DNA from: Polyangiaceae bacterium
GTDB lineage: Bacteria > Myxococcota_A > Polyangia > Polyangiales > Polyangiaceae
Length of the DNA stretch: 64,000 nucleotides
NCBI GenBank assembly: GCA_965222375.1
Contig: CBDCTZ010000016.1
Coordinates: 3,072,001 to 3,136,000 of the forward strand
Direction: 5' to 3'
Both the position numbers and the translations under genes were made by a program. The notes beneath the pieces were generated by a model, which was not told the origin of the DNA, ran no database searches, and was given only the letters and a program-made list of their open reading frames with translations. Positions 19,168 through 28,459 of this stretch are shown one piece after another. The first letter of the stretch is position 1. Every line of letters starts with the position of its first letter.

Positions 19168-20241
19168 TCAAGCGGCGCGGGCTCGCTGAGACACCGACTC
19201 GGGTAGTTCCGCATAGGTGCGTAGCTCGATGGCGCCCCTCAACTCAGGCGTTTTCATCAGGGCATCTCGCACACGCTCTCGGCCCTGCCCGATGCTCTTG
19301 CCATCCAGGCTCAGATGCGAACCGTTGCGCTCGATCACGCCGTAGCGGACGGCTGTGTCCAACAAGTCCGTGGCCGCATCGATACCGACGCCCCATCGGA
19401 TGTCGAACTCGGCTTCAGTGAACGGTGGAGCCACCTTGTTCTTGACCGCCCGCACGCGGGTGCGGTTGCCGACGACGGCGTCGCCGGCCTCCACTTTTCC
19501 GATCCGCCGGACGTCCAAGCGCACGCTGGCGTAGAACTTCATGGCAGCGCCGCCGGGCGTTGTCTCGGGGTTTCCGAATACCACGCCGATCTTCTGCCGC
19601 AATTGGTTGATGAAGATCAAAGTGGTGCCGGTCTTGCTGGCTACGCTAGCTAGCTTGCGTAGCGCCTGACTCATTAGGCGGGCCTGGAGCCCCATATGAG
19701 AGGCTCCCATGTCGCCTTCGATTTCCGCCTTGGGTACCAGGGCGGCTACGGAGTCGATGACGATCAGGTCCATCTGCCCCGAACGGGTCAACGTCTCGGT
19801 GATGTCGAGAGCCTGCTCCCCGCAATCGGGCTGAGCGATGAGAAGCTTCGCGAGATCGATGCCAATCGCCTTTGCATAGCGCATGTCGAAGGCATGCTCG
19901 GCATCGATGAAAGCGGCCACCCCGCCGGCGCGCTGTACTTCGGCGATGGCGTGCAGGCTCAGCGTCGTTTTGCCGCTGGACTCGGGGCCGAAGACTTCCA
20001 CGATTCGCCCACGGGGGTAGCCGCCGACCCCGAGCGCCTGATCCAACGCCAAGGATCCACTCGGAATGACCGGGACCGGCTCCCTTCCCGCGTCGCCACC
20101 GAGGCGCATGAGGGCACCCTTGCCGTGGGCCTTGTCGACCATGCTCACCAGCTCGTTCAAGGTGTCGTCGCCTCGCTTCTGGGCTGGCTCTCGCTTTCGG
20201 GGTTCTTCGTTCTTCTGGGCTTCATCGTTCTTTCGCGCCAT
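19168..20241 (-). CDS. recA: Recombinase RecA
   Basis: [56 protein letters not shown] precedes MARKNDE. Confidence 0.97.
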   Translation of the reverse strand: MARKNDEAQKNEEPRKREPAQKRGDDTLNELVSMVDKAHGKGALMRLGGDAGREPVPVIPSGSLALDQALGVGGYPRGRIVEVFGPESSGKTTLSLHAIAEVQRAGGVAAFIDAEHAFDMRYAKAIGIDLAKLLIAQPDCGEQALDITETLTRSGQMDLIVIDSVAALVPKAEIEGDMGASHMGLQARLMSQALRKLASVASKTGTTLIFINQLRQKIGVVFGNPETTPGGAAMKFYASVRLDVRRIGKVEAGDAVVGNRTRVRAVKNKVAPPFTEAEFDIRWGVGIDAATDLLDTAVRYGVIERNGSHLSLDGKSIGQGRERVRDALMKTPELRGAIELRTYAELPESVSQRARAA

Positions 20242-20281
20242 TGCTTGCTCCTGTCGTGTTTCGAAATAGCTGAGGTGTGTG

Positions 20282-21865
20282 TCAGCCTGCGGGCTCTCGG
20301 TCGAGCAGCCGACCTTGGATTGCTTCGGCGAGGTGTCCGCTCCGCACGCACTCGCTTCCTTCCAAGTCCGCAATGCTGCGCGCCACGCGCAGGATGCGAA
20401 CGTACGCGCGTGCGGACAGGCCCAGGCGGGTCATGGCGGACTCCACGAGGGTGCGCCCCCTCTTGTCCAACTTCGCGACACGCTTCAAGTCCGTGTGGGA
20501 CAGTTCGCTATTGAGTCGGCCACTGAGCCCGTGGTCGACTGCGCGCTGGCGCTGCGCTTGTCGCACCCTCTCGACACGTGCGCGAATGACCGATGAGCTC
20601 TCTCCACTGTGCGCCCGGGTGATCGCGCGGACCTCCACGGGCGGCACGCTGACGTGAAGGTCGATTCGGTCGAGCAACGGGCCCGAGAGGCGGGCCAGGT
20701 ATTGACGCCGGGCACTGTCGCTGCAACGGCATGCTCGGCGTGGATGTCCCCAGTAGCCGCAAGGGCAGGGGTTGACCGCCGCCACCAGCAACGGGCGCGC
20801 CGGGAACCAGGCCCGAGCGCGCGCGCGGGAGATGCACACTCTCCCGTCTTCCAGGGGCTGTCGAAGCGACTCCAGGGTGGAGCGACGAAACTCGAGCAGT
20901 TCGTCCAGGAACAGCACGCCATGGTGGGCCAGGCTGATTTCACCCGGGCGAGGAATGTCGCCTCCGCCGACTAGCCCTGCCTCACTGACGGAGTGATGGG
21001 GCGCACGGAACGGGCGAACCCGGACCATGCCGTCCGAAGGATCAATCAGCCCAGATATGCTGTGCACGGCCGTGGCCTCCAGTGCTTCGTCAAACGATAG
21101 AGGCGGAAGGATCGTTGGCAGCAACCGGGCGAGTAGGGTCTTGCCGCTGCCCGGGGGGCCGATGAAAAGAAGATTGTGCCCCCCAGCGGCGGCGACCTCC
21201 ACGGCACGGCGTGCGGTGGCCTGACCGCGAACATCCGCCATGTCACCAAAGGCCGCTTCTGAGGTAGCTGGCACCAGCGCGGTGGCGGCGACCTGGGGCA
21301 GACGGCGCTGTCCCTCTAGGTGTGCGATGACGTCGGCGAGGTGCCCGGACACTCGCACATCCAAGTTGCGCACCAGGCCTGCTTCCCGGGCGTTCGGTGC
21401 TGGCACGATGGCTTTTCGCTTGCCACGGGCCTTCGCTCCTTCCAGCTGCGGAAGCACACCGCGGGTTGGGCGCAAGCTGCCGTCCAGGGCCAGCTCGCCA
21501 AGCACTACGGTGTCTGCGAGACAGTCGGCCTCCAGCTCGCCAATCGCAATCAGCACGCCAAGCGCGATAGCGAGATCGAGGGCGCCACCCGTCTTGGGAA
21601 GATCTGCGGGTGCCAGGTTGACGGTGATGGCATGCTCGTCGAGGAGCACGCCCAGGCGGGCCAAGGAGCTCGCGACACGCACTCGCGCTTCGCGCACCGA
21701 AGCCTGTGCGAGGCCTACCAGTTGGAAGAAGCACGGCCCTCGCGTGCAACACACCTCGACCGCGATAGGTCGGGCATCCAACCCGACCAGCGCGCTGGAG
21801 TGCACGGTCGAGAGCCCGATGGGCTTGTCGATGATGTTGGCGGTTGCAGCGCTGTCGCGGGGCAT
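20282..21865 (-). CDS. comM: YifB/ComM Mg-chelatase-like AAA+ ATPase
   Basis: [77 protein letters not shown]. Confidence 0.92.
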   Translation of the reverse strand: MPRDSAATANIIDKPIGLSTVHSSALVGLDARPIAVEVCCTRGPCFFQLVGLAQASVREARVRVASSLARLGVLLDEHAITVNLAPADLPKTGGALDLAIALGVLIAIGELEADCLADTVVLGELALDGSLRPTRGVLPQLEGAKARGKRKAIVPAPNAREAGLVRNLDVRVSGHLADVIAHLEGQRRLPQVAATALVPATSEAAFGDMADVRGQATARRAVEVAAAGGHNLLFIGPPGSGKTLLARLLPTILPPLSFDEALEATAVHSISGLIDPSDGMVRVRPFRAPHHSVSEAGLVGGGDIPRPGEISLAHHGVLFLDELLEFRRSTLESLRQPLEDGRVCISRARARAWFPARPLLVAAVNPCPCGYWGHPRRACRCSDSARRQYLARLSGPLLDRIDLHVSVPPVEVRAITRAHSGESSSVIRARVERVRQAQRQRAVDHGLSGRLNSELSHTDLKRVAKLDKRGRTLVESAMTRLGLSARAYVRILRVARSIADLEGSECVRSGHLAEAIQGRLLDREPAG

Positions 21866-21877
21866 GCCCGGGCGTTG

Positions 21878-21893
21878 AGCATCCAGCGTGCCG
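21878..21893 (-). promoter_or_regulatory. Sigma54 (-24/-12) promoter candidate for comM-recA
   Basis: Minus strand CGGCACG-CTGG-ATGCT has exact GG-N10-GC spacing and lies ~12 nt before the comM ATG. Confidence 0.5.
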
Positions 21894-22010
21894 CCAACAA
21901 AACCCGGTAGTTTCTCCGATCTCGGGCTGGCAATGCCGGCGACTGCGGTGGCGAGCGCCAGCCGCGCACCACCCCTTTCGCTCCTGACCGCGCCCCGCTA
22001 TGAGCGAGGC

Positions 22011-23042
22011 ATGACAGCTCACAAAGTCGTGCTCGTTCCCGGCGACGGCATTGGCCCGGAGGTGGCGGATGCGACCCTCAAGGTGTTGGAGGCCGCGAAA
22101 GCCCCGGTCCAATTCATCACCCGCTATGCGGGGGAAGCCGCGCTGGAGCGGGGGCACGAGCACGTCCTGCCTCCAGAGACCATTGAGGCCATCCGCGAGC
22201 ACCACGTGGCCATCAAGGGACCGTGTTCCACGCCCGTGGGCCGTGGCTTTTCCTCGGTCAACGTCGCTCTGCGGCGAACCCTGAACCTGTACGCGGCGGT
22301 GCGGCCCTTCCGCTCGTTGCCGGGCGTCCGAACTCGCTACGAAAACGTCGACCTGATTGTCGTGCGGGAGAATACCGAGGGCCTGTACAGCGGAATCGAG
22401 AATCAGATCACTGATGGCGTCGTGGTCAGCATGAAAGTCGCAACCCGCAACGCCTGCCATCGCATCGCCCATTGGGCGTTCCGCTACGCAACGCATCAGG
22501 AGCGCAAGAAGATTACGGTGTTTCACAAGGCGAACATCATGAAGCTTTCGGACGGCATGCTGTTGGATGAAGCCAAGAAGGTGCACGAGGTCGACTACCC
22601 CAACATCAAGTACCAAGAAGTCATCGTGGACGCGGGCCACATGCGCCTGGTACAGGATCCGAATCAGTTCGATATTCTGTTGTGCGAGAACCTCTACGGA
22701 GACTTAGTCTCGGATCTGTGTGCCGGCTTGGTGGGAGGACTCGGCGTGTCCCCGGGGGCCAACATTGGTGACAAAGAGGCTGTCTTCGAAGCGGTGCATG
22801 GCTCCGCGCCGGACATCGCTGGCCAGGGCGTTGCCAACCCGCTGGCGTTGATGATGAGCGCCAGCATGATGCTCACGCACCTGGGCGAGACTCGCAGCGA
22901 CCCGTCTGCTCGGAAAGCCGCCGCACGCGTGCGTGCGGCGTTCGACAAAGCCCTGCTCGACGGCGAAAAGACCCGGGATCTAGGTGGCAGCCTCGGCACC
23001 CAGGACTTCGCTCAAGCGGTCATTGATCGTCTGGAGGGCTAG
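22011..23042 (+). CDS. Isocitrate/isopropylmalate dehydrogenase family (NAD-IDH-like)
   Basis: VPGDGIGPEV, SVNVALRR, RENTEGLY, HKANIMK, NLYGDLVSD, FEAVHGSAPDIAG. Confidence 0.92.
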   Translation: MTAHKVVLVPGDGIGPEVADATLKVLEAAKAPVQFITRYAGEAALERGHEHVLPPETIEAIREHHVAIKGPCSTPVGRGFSSVNVALRRTLNLYAAVRPFRSLPGVRTRYENVDLIVVRENTEGLYSGIENQITDGVVVSMKVATRNACHRIAHWAFRYATHQERKKITVFHKANIMKLSDGMLLDEAKKVHEVDYPNIKYQEVIVDAGHMRLVQDPNQFDILLCENLYGDLVSDLCAGLVGGLGVSPGANIGDKEAVFEAVHGSAPDIAGQGVANPLALMMSASMMLTHLGETRSDPSARKAAARVRAAFDKALLDGEKTRDLGGSLGTQDFAQAVIDRLEG

Positions 23043-23946
23043 GCTCGAGCGCCGCGCCTTCGCTGGAAAAGGCCTTGTAGTAGCCCTCCACTCGTTCCTC
23101 GAATGCTCGGGGCTTCTCGGCGAATAGCCGAGCGCCGATGCGCAAGGCGTCCCCCCGCAAGGCCGCTCGGCGCTGATCCAAGGTGCGCAGCAGCTGTTTG
23201 AGGTCGCCGGAGAATTCCATGGGTACGGCCTTGGAAAGCAAACTGTCCCGCAGATCGGACAGATCGTGCTCGTCCCCCAAGGTGTCGGCCAAATGCTTGA
23301 GGCTTTTGGCGCGAAGACCGAGTTCTTCGGGCCAGACCGGCGTGAGTAGTTCCACCTGGTGCCACTGGTACTTGACCCACTTGCGCCACTCGTGGAACGC
23401 GTGGGTCGATGGTCGCTTCAGGCAACGCCTCATGAAGCCGCGACCTTTTGCGTAACTGAAGCGGAGGCCCTGCCCCACCAGATCCCAATCACCTTTGCCC
23501 GGCTTCAGGCGGCCAAACATGGCTTGGGCTTCCAGCAGGAGTTGTCTTGCCTGAGCCACGTTGCTGCCACTGGGCAGCGGGGATTCGTCGCCCTTGACGA
23601 CCATCTTGCGAACGGTTTGGGAGAACGCCTCGTCCTTCTTGGGTTGACTGCGCAACATCAACTTGAGGCCCCGCTTGCGGACGGCGGCTTCTCGCGCGGT
23701 GGCCAGCAAGCGAGAAGCGTCGCGCAGAGCCGCATTGGCTTTCGCGTAGCTCTTGCCCGGAATGGAGAAACGCACCAAGCGTAGGTGTGCGCGCAAGCGC
23801 TTCACACGCTTGCGCACGCCGTGAACATGGAGCTCCGCGTCCTCGTCCAGTCGAGCAAGAGCCGCCAAGCAGTGATCGATGTCACGCGTGGCAACGCGGA
23901 CAACGGCTTGCGCGGGCTTTTCTCCGGGTTCGATGTCGAAACTCAT
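23020..23946 (-). CDS. CHAD domain protein (polyphosphate-binding family)
   Basis: VHGVRKRVKRLRA, FHEWRKWVKY, LADTLGDEHDL. Confidence 0.85.
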   Translation of the reverse strand: MSFDIEPGEKPAQAVVRVATRDIDHCLAALARLDEDAELHVHGVRKRVKRLRAHLRLVRFSIPGKSYAKANAALRDASRLLATAREAAVRKRGLKLMLRSQPKKDEAFSQTVRKMVVKGDESPLPSGSNVAQARQLLLEAQAMFGRLKPGKGDWDLVGQGLRFSYAKGRGFMRRCLKRPSTHAFHEWRKWVKYQWHQVELLTPVWPEELGLRAKSLKHLADTLGDEHDLSDLRDSLLSKAVPMEFSGDLKQLLRTLDQRRAALRGDALRIGARLFAEKPRAFEERVEGYYKAFSSEGAALEPSPPDDQ

Positions 23947-23996
23947 GTGGCGCTCTGGGTTGCGCGGTCGAGCGAGGGGTGGGACAAATAGCCGTC

Positions 23997-24995
23997 TTGG
24001 CCAGCGGAGTCGAATCGACAAATTCCCAGCCTGCGGTTGACCGGGATCAGCTCGAAGCGCTCATTTCTCGGGTGACCGCAGGGGTAGATCGGCCCGAGTG
24101 CGGGCTGTTCGGGCCCGGGAGCGTGGCTTGGCAAGTGGATCGGGAGTCCGCGCTGTTTCTTGGGGGCGGCCGGGCGGCGCTGCTGCAGTTGGCCCACCCT
24201 TTCGTTGCCCATTCGGTCGATCAGCACTCCAAAACTCGAACGGACCCCTTGGGGCGCTTCAAGCGCACGTTTGAAAACGTGTACGCGATCGTATTCGGAG
24301 ATCAGGACCAAGCCCTACGTTCCTCGCGTCGCGTTCATGCCATTCACCAGCGCATCGTCGGGACAGTGACCGAGGACGTTGGGGCCTTCAAGAAGGGCAC
24401 GCCATATGCCGCGAATGATCCCGAGGCCTTGCTTTGGGTACATGCGACGTTGATCGATTCGGGCTTGATGTTCTACGAGGCCATCCTCGGGCGCCTGCCG
24501 CCAGCCCAGCGCGAGGCCTACTACCAGGAAAGCAAGAGTTTCGCGCGGCTGTTCGGCATCGACGATGGTGTGCTGCCGCCGGACATGGCCGCCTTCGAAG
24601 CCTATATGCGCCGCATGCTCGACTCGGATGTGATCACCGTGGGCAAACCCGCTCGCGAAATTGCGTCGTTTCTCTTTCGTCCGCCCAACTCCGCGCTGGC
24701 GCCCGCGATGAGCTTCATGAAAATGATGACCGCGGGCGCGCTGACGCCGCGACTCCGAGCCGAGTTCGGCTTTTCCTGGAGTGTGGGCAGAGAGCGCGCC
24801 TATCGTTCGTCCTTGAAGGTGCTGTCTCGACTCTACCCAGCCCTGCCCCTGAGGGTTCGATGTGTTCCGGCGTACAGCCACGCCCTGCGACGCATTGCAG
24901 GCAGATCGGGTCCAGATCCCTTTGCACGTGCGGTCGAGAAGCTACTCGCCGAAGGATTGGTTCGCGTGGGCATGCCGAAGCCCGGCGCCGGCTGA
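23997..24995 (+). CDS. MpaB/DUF2236 oxygenase family
   Basis: FGPGSVAW, GGRAALLQLAHP, VHAIH, YAANDPEALLWVHATL. Start approximate. Confidence 0.85.
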   Translation: MASGVESTNSQPAVDRDQLEALISRVTAGVDRPECGLFGPGSVAWQVDRESALFLGGGRAALLQLAHPFVAHSVDQHSKTRTDPLGRFKRTFENVYAIVFGDQDQALRSSRRVHAIHQRIVGTVTEDVGAFKKGTPYAANDPEALLWVHATLIDSGLMFYEAILGRLPPAQREAYYQESKSFARLFGIDDGVLPPDMAAFEAYMRRMLDSDVITVGKPAREIASFLFRPPNSALAPAMSFMKMMTAGALTPRLRAEFGFSWSVGRERAYRSSLKVLSRLYPALPLRVRCVPAYSHALRRIAGRSGPDPFARAVEKLLAEGLVRVGMPKPGAG

Positions 24996-25002
24996 TAGCC
25001 AC

Positions 25003-25060
25003 GGATTGGTTTTTGGGGATGTGCCGGCCAATCGCGTCATCGGCACCTCGCCCTGTACGC
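25003..25060 (+). repeat. Intergenic hairpin repeat, copy 1 (inverted partner at 27876-27934)
   Basis: GGATTGGTTTTTGGGGATGTGCCGGCCAATCGCGTCATCGGCACCTCGCCCTGTACGC. Confidence 0.8.
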
Positions 25061-25119
25061 GCGGACCGCCCGGCCCGGGCAGCGGCTTGAATGCTCGGAA
25101 GCCGCCCTCGGGGGCCCCG

Positions 25120-27699
25120 TCAGTGGCCCCGACTGCCCGTCTTCAAGTACGGGAATTCGCTGACTCTCGCCGACAGTTGGGCCGGCGGAGTGGCTGCGCC
25201 ACTCGGGTCGACGCCCGTGACGCTGAAGGTCTGTGCCGGGGGGCGCCGCGCTGGCCGCGCCAAAGTGCCGCTCTTGCAGGGATCACAGCGACCGCAGGCA
25301 TTGGCGCGAGCGCCAAGAGCGCGCTCGAGAGCTGCCCGATGGCAGCCGGCGTCGAGCAGCACATCACGCATCGCGCTCAGGCGTCGCTCGTCCTCCCGCT
25401 GTTGCCGGAACAGCCGCGCGGAGATCTCCGTGGCGCATTCCATGATGTCGCGGGCCGGTGCCAAGGTTTCCACCCAGCCGGAAGTCACGCGGAGCAAGCC
25501 GGCCATCTCGAAGACGGTGCACCAGCTGGCCAGGGTTGTCAGAGATAGGCCCGTCTCCAGGGCCAGGGCTTCGAAGTTGGTCTTGCGCGTTTCCAAAGCT
25601 TGGCCATCCAGAGCATCGGCAACTGCGGCAGCGTGGGGAGGATGCAATCGATGACGCATCAGCAGCGCACCGCCGCGGTTCGAGTCGCCGACGTCGCAGT
25701 AGATGATGGCGCGGGCTTGATCTCCGTCCCGGCCGACCGCGCCCACTTCACGCGCCAGCTGCTCGGCGCTGGTGGGTGCACCCCAATGCACGATGAAGCG
25801 CAGATCGCGCTTGTCGAGCCCGAGGCCAAACCCTTTGGGTGCGCCCTCGAGTAGTCGCTCGTCGTCGGTACCGACCACGCCAGAGCCAGGGCTGAAGGCG
25901 CTCTGGGCGACCATCACCGTCTTGCGGCCCGGCAACATGAAATTCAACTGCTCCCCGAGCCGCTCAGACGCTGTCAGATCCGCATGGTAGCGATGGGATG
26001 GCACCCGGGCGCTGACCAGAAGGCCATGGATTTCTTCGACTTCTCGAGGAGTCTGCGCCAACACCAGGCCCGGGCGTCGCAGCTCCTGTACCAATCCGCT
26101 GAATGCACGTCGCCGGGGATCGCCACTGAGGCGATGCAGCTCCAGGACCACGTTGTCTCGAATGGGTTGAGACTCCACGACGACCGGCGCGCTGAGCTCG
26201 AGGCAGCTAGCCACCTCGCGCCGAGTGGTGAAGCCAGAGGGCGCGAGTAGGGCAACCACGTTGGGGCGCCCCAAATCCACGAGCAGTTTGCGCCAGATCA
26301 ACAACGACGGGCAGATGCCGTGGCTTGTCTCTGCCAGGGAGTGCGCCTCCTCCACGATGCACACGGCCACACCCCGTGTGCGCAGCGCGGCGCGCACATC
26401 CTCGGCGCTGGCCAAGGCGCCCGGCGAGGTGAACAGCGTCAACGGCTCGCCCGCATCCAACTGCGCGCACAGTTTGCCTCGCTCTGCTTGCGACGGGCTG
26501 GGATCCAAGCGCGCGGCCGGAATGCGACGATGTTCGAGGCGTTGTTGCTGTTCCCGAGTCAGGCGTGGGCTCGGCGACAAGATCACTGCTACGCCACCAC
26601 ACAGCTGGGCCAGTATTGCGGCACAGGTCGACTTGCCTTCACCCGCGGCGAAAGTGGCAACGACGTTGCGTCCTTCCAACCCCGCTCCGATCACCCGCTT
26701 CTGCAGATCCGAGAGTTGAGCTGCGCCCAGTCGCTCCGCCATGGTTTGAGCGGCCTTCCACGTTGCCGTAGTCACGCTGCTGGGCTTTGGAGCTGGTTGG
26801 GCGGCGTTGGAACTTGCTCGTGGCGGGAGCCGGCCCACGCGAACCGCCGAGCGGCTGTCAGCGATTTCTAGCGGCGCTTCTCGAGGGGGCTCGAGGCAAG
26901 CAGGTCGTGCCGCGGACCCCGTGCCACTTTCGCCGCCTCGCTTCGCGGCAGCAGCGCTGCCTTTGGGCGCGATGGCGCGGATGGTGGAGCGGGTAGCGAC
27001 CGGCTTGCGTTCGGCGACCTGCTTCGCGGGCCTGCGCTTCGTCGCCGCGAGGGGCTTTCGCTTCGCGAGGGCCTTGGTCGGCTTGCGCTTGGCTCCGACC
27101 GCGGACTTACGCTTCGCTGCGGGTTTGCGTCTCGTCGCGGCGGCGACGGGCTTGCGCTTGGCGGCGGGCTTTGTGGGCTTGCGCTTCGCTACGGAGTTCG
27201 CGGTCTTGTGCTTGGCTGGAGCCGCACTCTTGCGTTTCGTAGCGGCGGTTGGTGTTCGCTTCGCGAGGGCCTTGGTCGGCTTGCGTTTCGTCGCCACCGC
27301 GGTCTTGCGCTTCGCCGGAGCAGCGGACTTGCGTTTTGCGGCGGCGGACGGCCTGCGCTTCGCGACGGCCTTGGCGGGCCTACGCTTCGCGAGGGCCTTG
27401 GTCGGCTTGCGTTTTGTCGCCACCGTGGTCTTGCGCTTCGCTGGAGCAGCGGACTTGCGTTTTGCAGCGGCGGACGGTTTGCGTTTCGTGAGGGCCTTGG
27501 CCGGCTTGCACCGGGTCGCGGCCTTGGCGATTTTGCGTTTCGCCGCGCTGGCCTTCTTGGCGGGTCGCTTCCCAACCGCGCGCTTGGCAGCCGGCGCCTT
27601 GCGCGCCGGCTTCTTGGTGGCCCGGGCGCCCCGCGCCTTGGGCGTGGCCTTGCGAGTCTTGGCCTTGCCTCTTGCCTGAGTTCCGCGATGCTTTGTCAT
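25120..27699 (-). CDS. Histone-H1-like K/R/A repeat domain fused to a degenerate RecQ-family helicase
   Basis: About 250 aa of KRKxxAAA/RKPTKALAKR repeats, then LSDLQKRVI, AGEGKS, IVEEAH, FGLGLDKRDLRFIVH, GAVGRDG and Zn motif CHR...CGRCDPC. Confidence 0.82.
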   Translation of the reverse strand: MTKHRGTQARGKAKTRKATPKARGARATKKPARKAPAAKRAVGKRPAKKASAAKRKIAKAATRCKPAKALTKRKPSAAAKRKSAAPAKRKTTVATKRKPTKALAKRRPAKAVAKRRPSAAAKRKSAAPAKRKTAVATKRKPTKALAKRTPTAATKRKSAAPAKHKTANSVAKRKPTKPAAKRKPVAAATRRKPAAKRKSAVGAKRKPTKALAKRKPLAATKRRPAKQVAERKPVATRSTIRAIAPKGSAAAAKRGGESGTGSAARPACLEPPREAPLEIADSRSAVRVGRLPPRASSNAAQPAPKPSSVTTATWKAAQTMAERLGAAQLSDLQKRVIGAGLEGRNVVATFAAGEGKSTCAAILAQLCGGVAVILSPSPRLTREQQQRLEHRRIPAARLDPSPSQAERGKLCAQLDAGEPLTLFTSPGALASAEDVRAALRTRGVAVCIVEEAHSLAETSHGICPSLLIWRKLLVDLGRPNVVALLAPSGFTTRREVASCLELSAPVVVESQPIRDNVVLELHRLSGDPRRRAFSGLVQELRRPGLVLAQTPREVEEIHGLLVSARVPSHRYHADLTASERLGEQLNFMLPGRKTVMVAQSAFSPGSGVVGTDDERLLEGAPKGFGLGLDKRDLRFIVHWGAPTSAEQLAREVGAVGRDGDQARAIIYCDVGDSNRGGALLMRHRLHPPHAAAVADALDGQALETRKTNFEALALETGLSLTTLASWCTVFEMAGLLRVTSGWVETLAPARDIMECATEISARLFRQQREDERRLSAMRDVLLDAGCHRAALERALGARANACGRCDPCKSGTLARPARRPPAQTFSVTGVDPSGAATPPAQLSARVSEFPYLKTGSRGH

Positions 27700-27875
27700 G
27701 TGAAATCGCCCACATGCGTACCATCGGCGATCGGGATTGTGAACACAAAAGCAGTGTACGGGCGCTCAGAGGGTGCAGACTTTCAGGGGCTGCCCGACGC
27801 CCCCGTCACTTTGCGTGGGAAATCGGCCAACCGGGCCCAGCAAGAGCCATTCGCGCCAGGAACCCCGAGCGCGAG

Positions 27876-27934
27876 GCGCGCAAGGCGAGGTGCCGATGAC
27901 GGCAGGGGCCGGCACATCCCCAAAAAAACCATCC
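27876..27934 (-). repeat. Intergenic hairpin repeat, copy 2
   Basis: Reverse complement GGATGGTTTTTTTGGGGATGTGCCGGCCCCTGCCGTCATCGGCACCTCGCCTTGCGCGC aligns with copy 1. Confidence 0.8.
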
Positions 27935-28036
27935 AGGGCCAGGGGCCTCTTCCAATCCTCGCGCGGTCGAGCGAACCCTTTCGATGCTGGATTGGCTCTC
28001 ACAGGGCAGGGACGTTCAAGTCCGCGAGGAGCCGTC

Positions 28037-28459
28037 ATGGATATCGCCATCAGTTTCGTCGGAGGCAAGCGGGTGGATGCACAGTTGGGCGATCGGGTGA
28101 TCCGCACCGACCAGAGCCCAGAGCATGGTGGGGAGGGGCGCGAGCCGGAGCCCTTTGAGTTGTTTCTGGCCTCCCTCGCCGCCTGCGCTGGAGTGTACGT
28201 GCTGGGTTTCTGCCAAGCTCGGAACATCCCTACGGATGGGATCCAACTCGTGCAACACCAGGACTTCGATTCCGACACGGGGCGCCTGGAACGAGTGCGC
28301 CTGGATATCTCGGTTCCATCGGGGTTTCCGGAGAAGTACGTGCCGGCGCTAGAACGGGTCGCGGCCAAGTGCAGCGTCAAGAAGGTGATCGAGAGCGCGC
28401 CACAATTCGAGATCCGCGCGCAGAAACACCACGCGGTGCAGCTCGACGCAGCGTCCTAG
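28037..28459 (+). CDS. OsmC family protein
   Basis: TDQSPEHGGEG..PEPFELFLASLAACAG and KCSVKK. RBS GAGGAG. Confidence 0.9.
   Translation: MDIAISFVGGKRVDAQLGDRVIRTDQSPEHGGEGREPEPFELFLASLAACAGVYVLGFCQARNIPTDGIQLVQHQDFDSDTGRLERVRLDISVPSGFPEKYVPALERVAAKCSVKKVIESAPQFEIRAQKHHAVQLDAAS

Noticed and set aside
27749..27769. GTGAACAC...GTGTAC as a LexA-type box upstream of the RecQ-like gene
   Set aside because: Only partial symmetry, and no convincing match to a LexA consensus that I can state with confidence.
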